A stretch of 64,000 bases of DNA. Origin: Antedon mediterranea (lineage: Eukaryota > Animalia > Echinodermata). The stretch's first letter is position 1, and each line of letters starts with the position of its first letter. Below, one piece after another: positions 28,001 to 39,199 of this stretch. Under the pieces are notes generated by a model. That model saw nothing but the letters and a program-made list of their open reading frames with translations, searched no databases and was not told the origin of the DNA. Location: positions 2,440,101-2,504,100 of the forward strand of contig NC_092677.1 in the NCBI RefSeq assembly GCF_964355755.1, given 5' to 3'. A program made the translations under genes and the position numbers.

Positions 28001-31000
28001 TGTGTATTGAAATGTGACATTTTCTCTTTACTTAATCATGAATGGGTTGTGATTCCTGAGCACAAACAAATTTGAAAAGAAAAAAAATGTTTTTGTTACT
28101 ATAGGTAGATGCCCGAAATGACCGTACTGGTGAAGTTGTTTTTAAAGATAACTTTCCGGCATCGTTGGCAGGGATTGTAACTGGCGACTATCGTATGGAT
28201 GGCAACACAGAGCTCATCTGCTGTTCAGTTGAAGGAGAGGGTAAATTAGAAATTGAATACACATCCAACTCACTAATTACAGGATGATAATTGATCATGC
28301 TTATAAACTAAGTCTCATGAGAAAGAGTCACGTATTACAACTCTGGCACTAGGCCAGGATTGAACCATGGACCTTGGGATTGGGAGGCAAGCACGTTAAC
28401 CACCAATCTACAGCTCCACTATAAATGAGTAACCTTACATACAAAAAATGCTGAACTGTAAACACTTGTGTGTCTATTTGAGTTGACAAACAGGAGGAAT
28501 TTAGCTTCAATCCACTTTGGTTCACGATCATTTTCACCATTTACTACCCTATCCATGATCCCTGGATTCGACACCCTGATGTGTCCACTTCTCCAAGTTT
28601 AACTCAGTTTTTGGACGATAGTGTAAAATGGTATTAGATGAGCGTATGTTTTATTTAATTTTATTTTTGTGTTAGTTCGAGGCTACCTTCCAGCATCCAA
28701 AGAAGTGCAAAGCAACATGATGGACGTTAATATTGAACAGGAGGCTATCAGAGACCTCAGCCAACGTAAGCAGCACCTGCTGTTGGAACTCAAGAATTAT
28801 GAAGCAAATACCCAGGTGAACAATTTTTACAACAAAAAGTTTTGTTGTGAATTATTAATTCTTTTATACAGCATTTTGTATAGTGTGTTTAAACATGTAA
28901 TGTGACCAACTAAGTCATGTTCAATGTGTGTAACCTTTGACCTGTAGGCAGCACGTGAAGAGAGACCATCAGGATTAGGAGACCTGGACAAGGCACAGAT
29001 GGGAATCATTCCAGCTGGTACTCAGCTACAAACAACGTTGGCGGTTAATCCTGGTATTGATGGAAAACCTGTAAGTAACAACTTAAATTCCGAACAGATA
29101 GTAATGAATTGAAAGTGATAACATTTAGCTTTGACATACTTTAATATACAAATTCAGGAAAAATAACATATCAATCATCAGGGTGAGTAAGTGGCCAAGC
29201 TGTTAAGACAGTGGAACCGTAATTACATAGCCATAACATCTATTTTGCATTTAGATAAACACAAATAATAATTGTTTTTATTATATTTTTTTTGTAGCCG
29301 CATGTTGAGCTGAATGTTTCAACTACAAACGATACTATAATTAAGTCTGTACTTATCTTTGCTGAAGGAATATTTGAAGGCGAGAGCCATGTTGTGTAAG
29401 TATTCAAACTTATTATGGAGGGAGCTGTGTTATTTTATTCGTTTATCAAAAAGTATCATTTAATAAAATCTGTCAACATTTTTAATCCATAAATATTTTG
29501 TTTCAATCTTGTCTTATAAAGCTATATTCACACTGAGCAAAGTTTTGGCAAAATAAAAAATCACGAAAAAAACCGTTCACACTTATTCCAGATTCAGTAA
29601 AAAACGTGTGTGAACGTGGCGCAGCGCCCCGAAAATGTAACATAGTTCATTGAGAGTGTTTGCTGGCCTCTGGACAAAATTAGGTCTCAGTGTGGACATA
29701 GCTTTAACCTAATATTTTGTATTTGTTTTTTCCTCTAGCCATCCATCTATGGCCAACTTGAGTCAGTGCATTAAAGTTCCCATCATTCCTCCTAAAGACA
29801 TTCCTGTTGACCTGCATATTAAAGCTCTTGTAGGTCACAAGGCCAGGTAATTTTAATCACTTTTAAATCAATATGTATTTATGTAAGAATGTCAAATTAC
29901 TTTAAAATTAATGCTTTTATTATTTACCTTATTGTCAAATTTCTATTATATAATTTATTATAAAGTTTTAAAATTTATCTTTTTTAGCTTTTTAAAACAG
30001 GACTATTATGAAAACAGATGCTCTATCATAAACCTTTCTGTATAAATATGTTTTAAAATAAAAATGAATAACTAGATATCACTTTCTTGTATTTGACATA
30101 GTACCCAGTTTCATGTGTTTGAACTATCTCGTCAACTCCCAAGGTTCTCAATGTATATGATGTGCCGAGTCAAGCAAGACGAACCGAAGAGTTCAGTTAC
30201 GCTAACAATCAACGAAAGGACGCAACGGGTATGCATTGTTTAGAGACTGGTGTATAAGCTAAATGACCCCTGTAGTGCTTTCTTTAAAATCCCAAGGTCC
30301 AGGGTTAAATCCTGACCTAGTGCCTGGTTGTAACTCAAGACTCCTTCTAATCCACTCCCTCAAATGAAATTATGATGAGCATGATATAATTTATTTATTA
30401 TAGATATATATGTATGACATTTTAAAACTAGCACTAGGCAGTAAAGCTAATTGGTAAAAAAACAAGCGCATATACATAGCTGCAGTCGCGTCCGCAAATT
30501 TGAGTTAGTGTTTACCGACCGTCGTAGTAAGCTGTAGAGTTGCATTTCACGCGACTAAAAAATGTGATGGCTGTTAGAATTGTTTTTATTACCTTTTTAG
30601 TTTGTGATGTTCTTGAATCAGAATTTCCTTCTTGAATCTGACTTGCCTTCTGAGAATGTCCTTGATGTGCAGTTCATGTCCTTAAGAGGAGCTGGTGTTC
30701 TGGGCCTAAAAATGGAGCAAAATGGACAGGTATGATGTCATCATCATCTAGCTAAATTGCTTGATTGGTATGTGTTAGAAGTTAGTACCTGAAAATTACA
30801 AATCTGTTTGTATGCCAGCAGGACTAGACATACTTATCAGACGAAAGCATATATATAAAGCTCTGTCGTACATAATTTGTTAATAAATTACTTCTATATC
30901 TATAGCTGACAATCAAGACGGATGACATGGACTTTGCAGGGGATTTGATCCAAGCATTGGCAGTATTCTTAGGCCTAGAAGACCTGCAGTCTACTGCAGA

Positions 31001-33109
31001 CTTTCCTATGCACATGGAAGACCTCAAGAATGTCCTTATGAAGGTAATGATAATAATATACTAGTAACACAATATTTGAACTCAAATGAACTCTATTTTT
31101 TAACCCCTACACCTTGGGGTCCAACAAAGTGTGCCCTAATTAAGGGCGTCTCCTGAAAAGGGGTTGGCTGCAGTGTTAAAACATATTCCCTGATTCGTTT
31201 TGCAAGAATGTGTTCCCAGAATAATTTGGTGACGGTTTTCAGACAGATAAATGTAAAATAAATATGATTCCAATTGACACAGGATATTACTATGTTGATG
31301 TTTGAAATGTTTAGTTTTACACATTATGTTTTTTAGGTAGATGAGTTTCATGCCGTTCGCCAGAAACTGACCGCTGAAATGGCTGACCATTCAAACCTCA
31401 TTCGCAGTTTGGTGGTCAGAGCGGAAGATGCACGTCTTATGGGCGATATGTAAGTTTTTAGTATGATAATAAATACATAAAATCATTTATTGTATATACT
31501 TTATTAAAGTGTAGCCCTACTGCCTAGTAAGAAACTGCTATACAGGAAAAGTTGCAATAAAATTTTAAAAATAATATTTTGTATGTTACATTATATTAGT
31601 AATTACAAATTTGAGTATGATTATTATAAGTAACTAAAAGAGATTTTGACCCATCATTGAATTTATTCCAAATCTAAAAAAAACATTCAAATTCAGTTAA
31701 CACATATCAAGAGTAAAATTATTGGTAATTGTATGAACAAATCAACCAAACAAATATCGCCAATATCAATTAAAAATACTATGAAATTAATTACAAAATT
31801 GGATTTCAAAAATACTAAGAAAAACTCTATGAATAATTAATTAATATTACCAGACAGGCGGTTTAGAATTTCTTCTAACGCCTGTTAATATTAATTTATT
31901 AAATTAATGATTTTCTTTTATTCATTCAGGCGTAACATGCGTAAAGGTTACATGGAGTTATTTGACCTCAATAAAGATCTTGTGAACGGTTACAAGATTC
32001 GCTGTAATAACCACACCGAGTTACTAAACTGTCTCAAGCTAGTCAATCAGACAATTCAGAAAGCAGGACAACTTAGAGGTAATTTGTTGACTTCTATTTT
32101 ATTGACGTTTCTAATTTGGCCTAGAAATGTCTCTTCCTGTCTTTTGTTTGTATTAGTGCATGTGTTATTAAAAATTTAACATTTTTATTTGAACTAGAAT
32201 GGTTATCTTTCATTATCACATGTTGAACGATTTCGATTACCGTTTATTTTTCTCAATAAATCTTTAGTTGATCCAGAATTTTGTTTCCATGCTTTTAAAT
32301 TTAACCGTGCTTCGTAATGGTTGGTCAGATGTAAAACAAATCATTTAACCCAGATAATCTTGAATAGATTGTGCTTTGTGCATTGGCTAATTATGCACTA
32401 GATGTAGATAAAAAAAACAAATATTACCTTTATATCCATCACTATAGAACTGTATGACTTCAGCTTGATTACCGCTAAGATACAACACAAGGACGTAAGT
32501 GCAACGTAAGTAACTCGACCAATCACAAGCGATGGATCATCGCTTGTGATCGGTCAATTCGGTTGCGTTGTTCTTACGTCCTTGCGTCCTAGTGGAAACC
32601 TAGCTTCAGTGGAGTTTGGTGTTTAAGATGCCAAGTCGTCCTCATCTGATGTACAGAATCTTGTATTATTATTTGCTTTGAAACACAGTTGGCACATTTG
32701 AGGACTGTGAATGGTTATCCTGTCCTATTTTCCTAAAATATATAAGAATAACATTAATACTATGATTACTATCTGAGATGCTTAAAGTAACAAAAAGTAT
32801 AATAGTGTCTATGACATAATTTATCTGTATACAATTCTTTATGTTAAACCAGTAATAGATATGTACGTGTGCGACGTTTCGACTTGCACATATACGTATC
32901 TATTTCTGGTTTAATATAAAGAATCATATACAGATATTTAATATAAAACCAGATGAAAATATAATTTATTTTCATTATACTAACTCTGAATGTTCATATT
33001 TGTTTTAGTTGGCAAGCACAAGACACAGGTGATAACTGCCTGTAGACAGGCAATCAAAACCAACAATATTAACAGTCTTTTTAAGATCATCAAGACAGGG
33101 TCATCTTAA
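24893..33109 (+). CDS. BBS2: Bardet-Biedl syndrome 2 protein (BBSome subunit); 17 coding exons, 2160 nt, about 719 aa
   Basis: Exons join in frame with GT-AG boundaries: [26 protein letters not shown]...[14 protein letters not shown]...GGNCALQG...FWTVTGDNV...[10 protein letters not shown]...VRAEDARLM...[10 protein letters not shown]...FKIIKTGSS*. These motifs are recognised as BBS2. Confidence 0.97.
25465..25686 (+). CDS. BBS2: BBS2 coding exon 2 (222 nt)
   Basis: TTTCAG|VFIHNPH...DLFYKD|GTAAGT. Confidence 0.95.
26042..26167 (+). CDS. BBS2: BBS2 coding exon 3 (126 nt)
   Basis: TTCCAG|APDGVND...DLFWT|GTAAAT. Confidence 0.95.
26273..26434. mobile_element. PIF/Harbinger-like (Tourist-type) MITE, family A
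   Basis: TIR (A)GCTCTGTCTACACTATCAAA ... TTTGATAGTGTAGACA(G)AGCT flanked by TAA/TAA. Confidence 0.75.
26762..26902 (+). CDS. BBS2: BBS2 coding exon 4 (141 nt)
   Basis: ATTCAG|VTGDNVCSL...EMTETE|GTGACG. Confidence 0.94.
27080..27210 (-). mobile_element. tRNA-derived Nin(Deu)-domain-like SINE fragment
   Basis: Minus strand reads ...CAAGTGGTTAGGGCA... then TCTTCTCGGATAAGAACTTAAAACCCGAGGTCCA, similar to the copies at 53.9 and 59.75 kb. Confidence 0.5.
27335..27439 (+). CDS. BBS2: BBS2 coding exon 5 (105 nt)
   Basis: TTTCAG|AITGLCP...[13 protein letters not shown]...WRIK|GTCGAT. Confidence 0.93.
27863..27949 (+). CDS. BBS2: BBS2 coding exon 6 (87 nt)
   Basis: TAACAG|SKNQAV...GWSNGK|GTAAGT. Confidence 0.95.
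28105..28240 (+). CDS. BBS2: BBS2 coding exon 7 (136 nt)
   Basis: CTATAG|[15 protein letters not shown]...SVEGE+G|GTAAAT. Confidence 0.95.
28345..28417 (-). mobile_element. tRNA-derived SINE head; an opposite-orientation relative lies at about 30275-30325
   Basis: Minus strand GGTGGTTAACGTGCTTGCCTCCCAATCCCAAGGTCCATGGTTCAATCCTGGCCTAGTGCC carries A and B boxes. The + copy reads AATCCCAAGGTCCAGGGTTAAATCCTGACCTAGTGCC. Confidence 0.55.
28676..28815 (+). CDS. BBS2: BBS2 coding exon 8 (140 nt)
   Basis: TGTTAG|(V)RGYLP...[11 protein letters not shown]|GTGAAC. Confidence 0.94.
28948..29070 (+). CDS. BBS2: BBS2 coding exon 9 (123 nt)
   Basis: CTGTAG|AAREERP...GIIPAGTQL...DGKP|GTAAGT. Confidence 0.92.
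29181..29240 (+). mobile_element. 5' fragment of the tRNA/Nin-like SINE family
   Basis: GTTAAGACAGTGGAACCGTAAT-ACATAGCC is shared with the 53.9 and 59.75 kb copies. Confidence 0.6.
29298..29395 (+). CDS. BBS2: BBS2 coding exon 10 (98 nt)
   Basis: TTGTAG|PHVEL...[13 protein letters not shown]+GT|GTAAGT. Confidence 0.94.
29520..29703. mobile_element. Harbinger-like MITE, family B
   Basis: TIR AGCTATATTCACACTGAG / CTCAGTGTGGACATAGCT flanked by TAA/TTA. Confidence 0.65.
29739..29846 (+). CDS. BBS2: BBS2 coding exon 11 (108 nt)
   Basis: CTCTAG|HPS...[16 protein letters not shown]...|GTAATT. Confidence 0.94.
30102..30228 (+). CDS. BBS2: BBS2 coding exon 12 (127 nt)
   Basis: ACATAG|[18 protein letters not shown]...NERTQR|GTATGC. 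Confidence 0.95.
30601..30729 (+). CDS. BBS2: BBS2 coding exon 13 (129 nt)
   Basis: TTTTAG|[11 protein letters not shown]...EQNGQ|GTATGA. Confidence 0.94.
30906..31043 (+). CDS. BBS2: BBS2 coding exon 14 (138 nt)
   Basis: CTATAG|[16 protein letters not shown]...VLMK|GTAATG. Confidence 0.95.
31337..31449 (+). CDS. BBS2: BBS2 coding exon 15 (113 nt)
   Basis: TTTTAG|[37 protein letters not shown]+AT|GTAAGT. Confidence 0.96.
31930..32078 (+). CDS. BBS2: BBS2 coding exon 16 (149 nt)
   Basis: ATTCAG|RNMRKGY...YKIRCNNH...AGQLR+G|GTAATT. Confidence 0.96.
32462..32605. mobile_element. Largely palindromic MITE
   Basis: AGCT termini; CAAGGACGTAAG...GACCAATCACAAGCGATG-gat-CATCGCTTGTGATCGGTC...CTTACGTCCTTG. 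Degenerate relatives near 16120 and 23450. Confidence 0.65.
32822..32936. repeat. About 115-bp imperfect inverted repeat in the last BBS2 intron
   Basis: TATCTGTATA..ATTCTT-TATGTTAAACCAG..AATAGATA pairs with TATCTATT..CTGGTTTAATATAAAGAAT..TATACAGATA. Confidence 0.75.
33009..33109 (+). CDS. BBS2: BBS2 terminal coding exon 17 (101 nt including TAA)
   Basis: TTTTAG|(V)[16 protein letters not shown]...KTGSS-TAA. Confidence 0.95.
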
Positions 33110-33278
33110 CCATCATGCATCTGATATTACATCACATCCTGTTATATAATGCAGCTTCATGAAATACATTTACGCAGTAGAACCCATACTTTGAGACACA
33201 CCTATTAAGGGAAAGTTTCCTGTTAAATGAATTAAGGGTAGTAGTATGTTTTATACTGTAACGATGAACCCTTCTTCA

Positions 33279-33570
33279 GGCGACACCCCATTTAGGGCGA
33301 CACCCCATTTAGGGCGACACTTCATTTAGGGCGACACTTCATTTGGGGGGACACCCCATTTGGGGGGACACCCCATTTAGGGGGACACTTCATTTGGGGG
33401 GACACCCCATTTAGGGGGACACCCCATTTAGGGCGACACTTCATTTGGGGCGACACTTCATTTGGGGGGACACCCCATTTAGGGGGACACTTCATTTGGG
33501 GAGACACCCCATTTGGGGGGACACCCCATTTAGGGGGGACACCCCATTTAGGGGGGACACTTCATTTGGG
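33279..33570. repeat. 19-20-bp minisatellite (GGGGGACACCCCATTTAG / GGGCGACACTTCATTTGG), about 15 copies, inside a CAGTAGAACC...GGTTCTACT-type MITE
   Basis: The tandem units are directly visible. The flanks resemble related sequences at about 6553-6735 and 41893-41977. Confidence 0.85.
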
Positions 33571-36500
33571 TCTGAAAGGTGTTCCCATAACAGAGGTTCT
33601 ACTATCAAGATAAATTACTAGAAATAGAATATTATTATTATTCTCAAAAAAGGTCAGATTAATACAGATTTAATACAAGTGCCTTTAACAACCCTCTGCG
33701 GATTTTTTATTTATAGAAAATAGATGATAGTGGTAATTAAATTAAAAAGATGAGAATTGTTTTAACCAAATACTTTTATGTTTGCTCAACAATAAAATAA
33801 ATATTAAGACAGTACTTTAATTATTGATCATGTAAAACAATGATATTAGTTTTAGTTTAAAAAAATGTAAATACTGTTTAACAATTTGTAAATTTTTGAG
33901 TTAAAGTAAAGTAGATGTATTTACAGAAATGGTTATTTAAATGTAGTGTATTAGTGTCAGGCAAAACACTAGAATATATTATGTTGTGTAAATGTACAGA
34001 TGAATAATAAACAATAATGTTGCTAAATATTTCCAATGATTGCTTTATTATTGTCAATTGTGATTTATTTTTTTAAAGAGGGTTACACCCAGCCAGCGTG
34101 AGCTGATTATATGGGGCTCAACAAGACAAGATGACAAACAATGATTTATTTATATTCATTCTTTGTTATGTATTTTAAACATGAATAAATAAATGACAAA
34201 TAAACACAAATGTAAAATCTATACCACAACTCGGCTTACCAGTCGGACATCTCGGAGTCCAGTCTATCCCCAAAAACATCTCAATTTATTAAACCTACAG
34301 TGAAAAATATAGAAATATATTCACAGTATAACAGATGTATAATAAAAGTGACACACATATCGACCACCATACGTTACCGCCAACCGCCAACAAGTAAAGC
34401 CAGCCTAAGCCGCCCCAACCCTCATCCTACTCTTGTTTGACGGCCGCCGTACTTTGCCCAACATGCATGCCCCTACTAGACAATATGGTCAGAAAAAAGA
34501 TGATGGCGAGTTAATTATTAATATGATGTGTTCCTCATCAAACCGGTAGCCAAAATAATCAAAGACACCATAAGGAGAGATCACGCGTTAAAAAAAACAC
34601 AATTTGTATATGCCTTTATGAGATTTAAGCCAACTAAATACGCTTAAAAAAAGTTACCACGCACGAACTTGAGGATCCATCATTAAGTATGAACTTCGAA
34701 GATGAAAAAGAGGCCTAGCGAATCTCCAGTTATTAAATAAATCTACTTATGCTTACACACGACTTGACTTATATGTTAGTTCTTAAGAACCATGGTATGT
34801 TTTAAGTGGCATATTTAGTTAAAAAACGATATATTACTCACTTTTTTAAGATTTGTACAAGATTTGATTGATGACTGATGCTTACTCAATTTAACTTCAC
34901 ATTCAAAATGGCGTTTTTTCAAACATTCTAGAGATTTGATTGGTCGAAAGTGTAACGTTGAATTTTGACTAGTCACATGACGATTACGGAGCATGCGCGT
35001 CCGTTATTCAATAATTTTATTTTTTTTCAGTTTTATTAATTATGCAGTATAGCTTATAGTTTTATCATGAACAATATTTTAAATTTAAACATTTAATCAT
35101 AGAAAAAAATGTCATAAAATACAAAAATAGTAAAAGGCTCCAATATAAAATGACCTTTGACCTACGATGCTTAAATTCTGCAACGTCTGACCGGCTCGAT
35201 TGCATCGGCTAACACGGCGAAGCATACAGATATAGAGATTAATAATATCTATGGGCAAAGTAAAGCATACGTCTACAACACGTCATCAACGATATTCTCT
35301 TTCATATTGAACTATATTATATTCTTTAGTTTTTACATTTATAAGTAGGCCTTTAGTATTGCTACTTTACTCACAAAAATACTGTAACTCTAAACATCCG
35401 ATAAGATCATTGCAATGGCTACTGAAAGGCTACTCAGCCTTCTCACCAAACAGCATCATACAGGTGGATAAAATAATATTCAAATTAGATGCGCATAACG
35501 GCGACGCGTGAGCACTTTAAATTTTATAGTAAACATCAAAAGATATAAATTCAAATGTATTCAATATATTTAAATAGCCAGAGGCAATTTCCCTTGTGAT
35601 CTGTACATTATACATACTTATTCAGATTGAAGTTGATAAAACATTGAAAAAATATTCACAGCATTTTGTTTATTAAAACATTGTCGTGACACTAACAGGG
35701 ACTGAATAATTATGTTCTTATATTTTGTATATCTAAGGCCACATTAAAAAAAAATAACAAATACATTCAAATAATACTCCAAAATCGATCGAAATGCTTC
35801 ATTATTAATCATGTTAGTCATATTATACAAATGTTATGTTTCTTCTTCTAAAGATACATTTTATGTGACTGAAACGAAATATTTCTCTGTTATGCGAAAT
35901 TTATTGACATATAAGTTACCGTAAGCAATCTCAATCCGTTTATTGATCTTTATGTCGTAAAAAATATACATTAGACCATTGTCCTCTCGTTTCAATATCT
36001 TCTCAGCTTGTTGAATAATATGCTAACCGTAATCTAAATAAATTGCCATGATGGAATCAAATGTGGAATTATGTCAATTTAGTAACCAATAAAACGCAAA
36101 TACCGCGGTATCAAACGTAATTTACCATGATAAATAAAACGCTAATCTACTTAAAATGTAATCTATTGAATACTGTATTAATTTTAATTTTGGAACATGA
36201 AGACAAATTGTGATATCAGCGTTACGTAATAATTTACATAATCTAATAATTTGCATAAATATAGTTTCTAATTTTAGTTTAAGTCCAGAATGTTGTAAAT
36301 GTCTTGTGTTTCATAAACTTTTAGACTTGAGAAAATACCAACAGAACACTTCACAAAACTTTCACGCCAGAATGGGTGGAAAGCGCGGGCGAGGACAAAG
36401 ACGATCAATGTAACGGGTTTTACTTGTTTTAGACAGGGTGTTCCCCAACATGGGATTCAGCCAAAATATTTACCCCACGATCCTGGACACGGAAATATAA

Positions 36501-37010
36501 GACTTTATAGGATTCATAACAAGAAATTTGTAATTTTTTATCATGTAACTGTTGGATAGACATATCAAAATTATGCTACTGCAGTTGGTACATTTTTACT
36601 GCAGTATATGTTTTAGTTTGTTTCAATGTAGAAGTTCATAAAGCACTGCAATAAACAGTGTGTATGATTACCTTAAAAAAGCTTACTAAATAATTGCATA
36701 GATAGAGCATGGACGAAAAATGAAGTTACTGCAGTAGTTAAGTTTAAAACACAAGAAGTAAGAAAAAAAACCCTGACAATTCTTGAGGGAAAACAGGCTT
36801 TATTGACACATTTGCACAGGTTGGGGTTATTTCTTATTTTCACAATTCAATTATCTATTAAAATAATAAAATAACAGCAAAAAAAAATGTTAAACAATCT
36901 AGTAGTATAGTTGACTGCATAGCTTATAAAAGAAAACAGGCGTTAGATCTTACAAAAGGAGACATTTAAATAACATGCTACAGAATATAACAACAAGAAT
37001 CAGGTATAAA

Positions 37011-37146
37011 TTAAGCTCTGTCTACAATATTTGACCAAAAAAAAGTGATGTGCCTATATATGGACATGATGATATCATATCACTACCATATTTGGGTATA
37101 TCACTTTTTGTTGTCAAACTAGTTTGATAGTGTAGACAGAGCTTAA
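37011..37146. mobile_element. MITE family A copy (probably within the APP 3'UTR)
   Basis: TTA-AGCTCTGTCTACA...TTTGATAGTGTAGACAGAGCT-TAA. Confidence 0.75.
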
Positions 37147-37744
37147 AACGATCTATTTAATAATACACAAACCTAAGTTATATAAAAATATGTAAAATAA
37201 AGACAGAGATTGACATTATTTGGATAATTGCTATTTCTGTTGTGTTTTTCACATAAAAAATCAAAGACGGTCATGCGTGTCCTTCCGATTGAAATAATGT
37301 TGAATGTACACATGAAAACATAAATAAGTCAATTTATGTTGTACATTATGTATCATGTGCCAAAGTCATAAATAATGTTTTCAGTTTAAAAACAATTGTC
37401 CTTGATTTTTTTTAAATACTGTAAAGCATATTTGTCAAAGTCTGGAGGAAAAATCCATCTATTGTCGAAACATTTTAAAAGAAAAACAAATGAAAAAACG
37501 ATAATTAATTGAATATGTTGGAATGTACTACATACTAGACTATTGTAAAATACTAAATCTGCTGATACAAGTGTCATTCTTTACATTGTTGCGCCTTTAA
37601 GACCAGCTTTATAAATTAAAACCCTTTGTTTTTAAATATTTACACTGACAGAGCGAGTTTACAATACACTGTACTCTACGAAACAACCACCACAAAGTCC
37701 ATCATATCTTACAAATTAAAAATGTTTTGAATCAATCAAAATAG

Positions 37745-38002
37745 AATATTCATATAAAATAAGAGAATAAAAATGAATATTCATGATACTTCAATAAACA
37801 TGAATATTCATACCAGATTCAAAATTAATATTCATGGTACTAAATCGAAATTAAAATTCATGATACTTCAATAAACATGAATATTCATGATACTAGAATA
37901 CAAATTAATATTCATGATACTTCAATAAACATGAATATTCATGATACTAGAATACAAATTAATATTCACGATACAAGAATAAATATGAATATTCATGATA
38001 CT
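37745..38002. repeat. 27/54-bp tandem repeat built on the palindrome ATGAATATTCAT
   Basis: Palindrome at 37773, 37800, 37877, 37931 and 37985. Confidence 0.8.
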
Positions 38003-39199
38003 AAACAATATTCAACTTATTGATTAAAATTTATTTTCATTAAAGGTGACAAATATTGTATGCAAAGCCATCATTATGGCACAAAAAAAACAATAAAATG
38101 AATGATGAAAATCATGAATATTCAATATCTTCACCACATATAACATGAATATTCATAAATGTAATTAAGTATGCATTATTCACATTTGGATAAACCAACG
38201 AATAAAGACATTCTTGACCATAAGACATCTAAAAAGTATCACATTTTAAACTACTTATATTATTCTCTCTTCTTTTATACACAGTTGACCTTTGACCGAA
38301 TACAGTATTCTGCATTCATTACTTTCCATACATAAAAATGAGTTCTGTTTCGTTACATAGAATATTACAGGTGACCACAGTCAATAGATACTAGTTTACC
38401 ACTTGTCACAAAATGGAATAAATATGCAAATTACAGTACACTTTGACACGAGCAGTCATGAATATCCATTAATTCTACATCGATGTAATCAATCGTATGA
38501 GTAAAGAATGATTATTTATCTATTTCATAGGTAAATTGACAATTACACATTAAAAAGTTTACTTGTGAAGTCATTAAAATTTTTTGAATACAAATGTGCT
38601 GGTTAAATTATTCATGAATATTATTATTATTCATGAATATTTAATTATCTATGAATATGCATTAAAATCTTATTTAACATCAAATATTGGAAACAGGTAC
38701 ATTCTACATGTTTGACTTAAATATGAAAATGATGATACAAACATTGATGGGATAACTATAAATGATGTCATTCAATGTTCCTCCTACAGTATATGTAAAT
38801 ATGCATAAGATATCAGCCAATGGGAATTCCAATGAATTCATGAATATTCAAAAGATGTCCATATTTAGGTTAATTATTCATGAATTAAACAAATACATGA
38901 ATATTCATTTCATGACTTCAATATTTAAAATGAATAGCTAAGCCACATTAATCACATGAATATGTATGAGCTATAAGCCAATTAAAAATCATCCCACCAT
39001 TTAGTGTACATTGTATAGTCACAACAGATTGTCATGCATATATTGAACAATTTCTACATATTTCTTAACATTTATACATGGTTTTTGTGTTTCCTTAAAT
39101 AAATTATTTTCTGTCCTTTTGAAATCTTTATAGCTACAAGTGATAACATGAAATTGAATATTGATGAGGTGGCCTTAATATCTTATGAATATTCATCAT

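Noticed and set aside
28345-28417. Functional tRNA gene (also about 50640-50695 and 60572-60640)
   Set aside because: Acceptor and anticodon stems do not pair properly; these are better explained as SINE heads.
33322-33507. Repetitive Pro/Gly-rich ORF
   Set aside because: It is a translation of the minisatellite.
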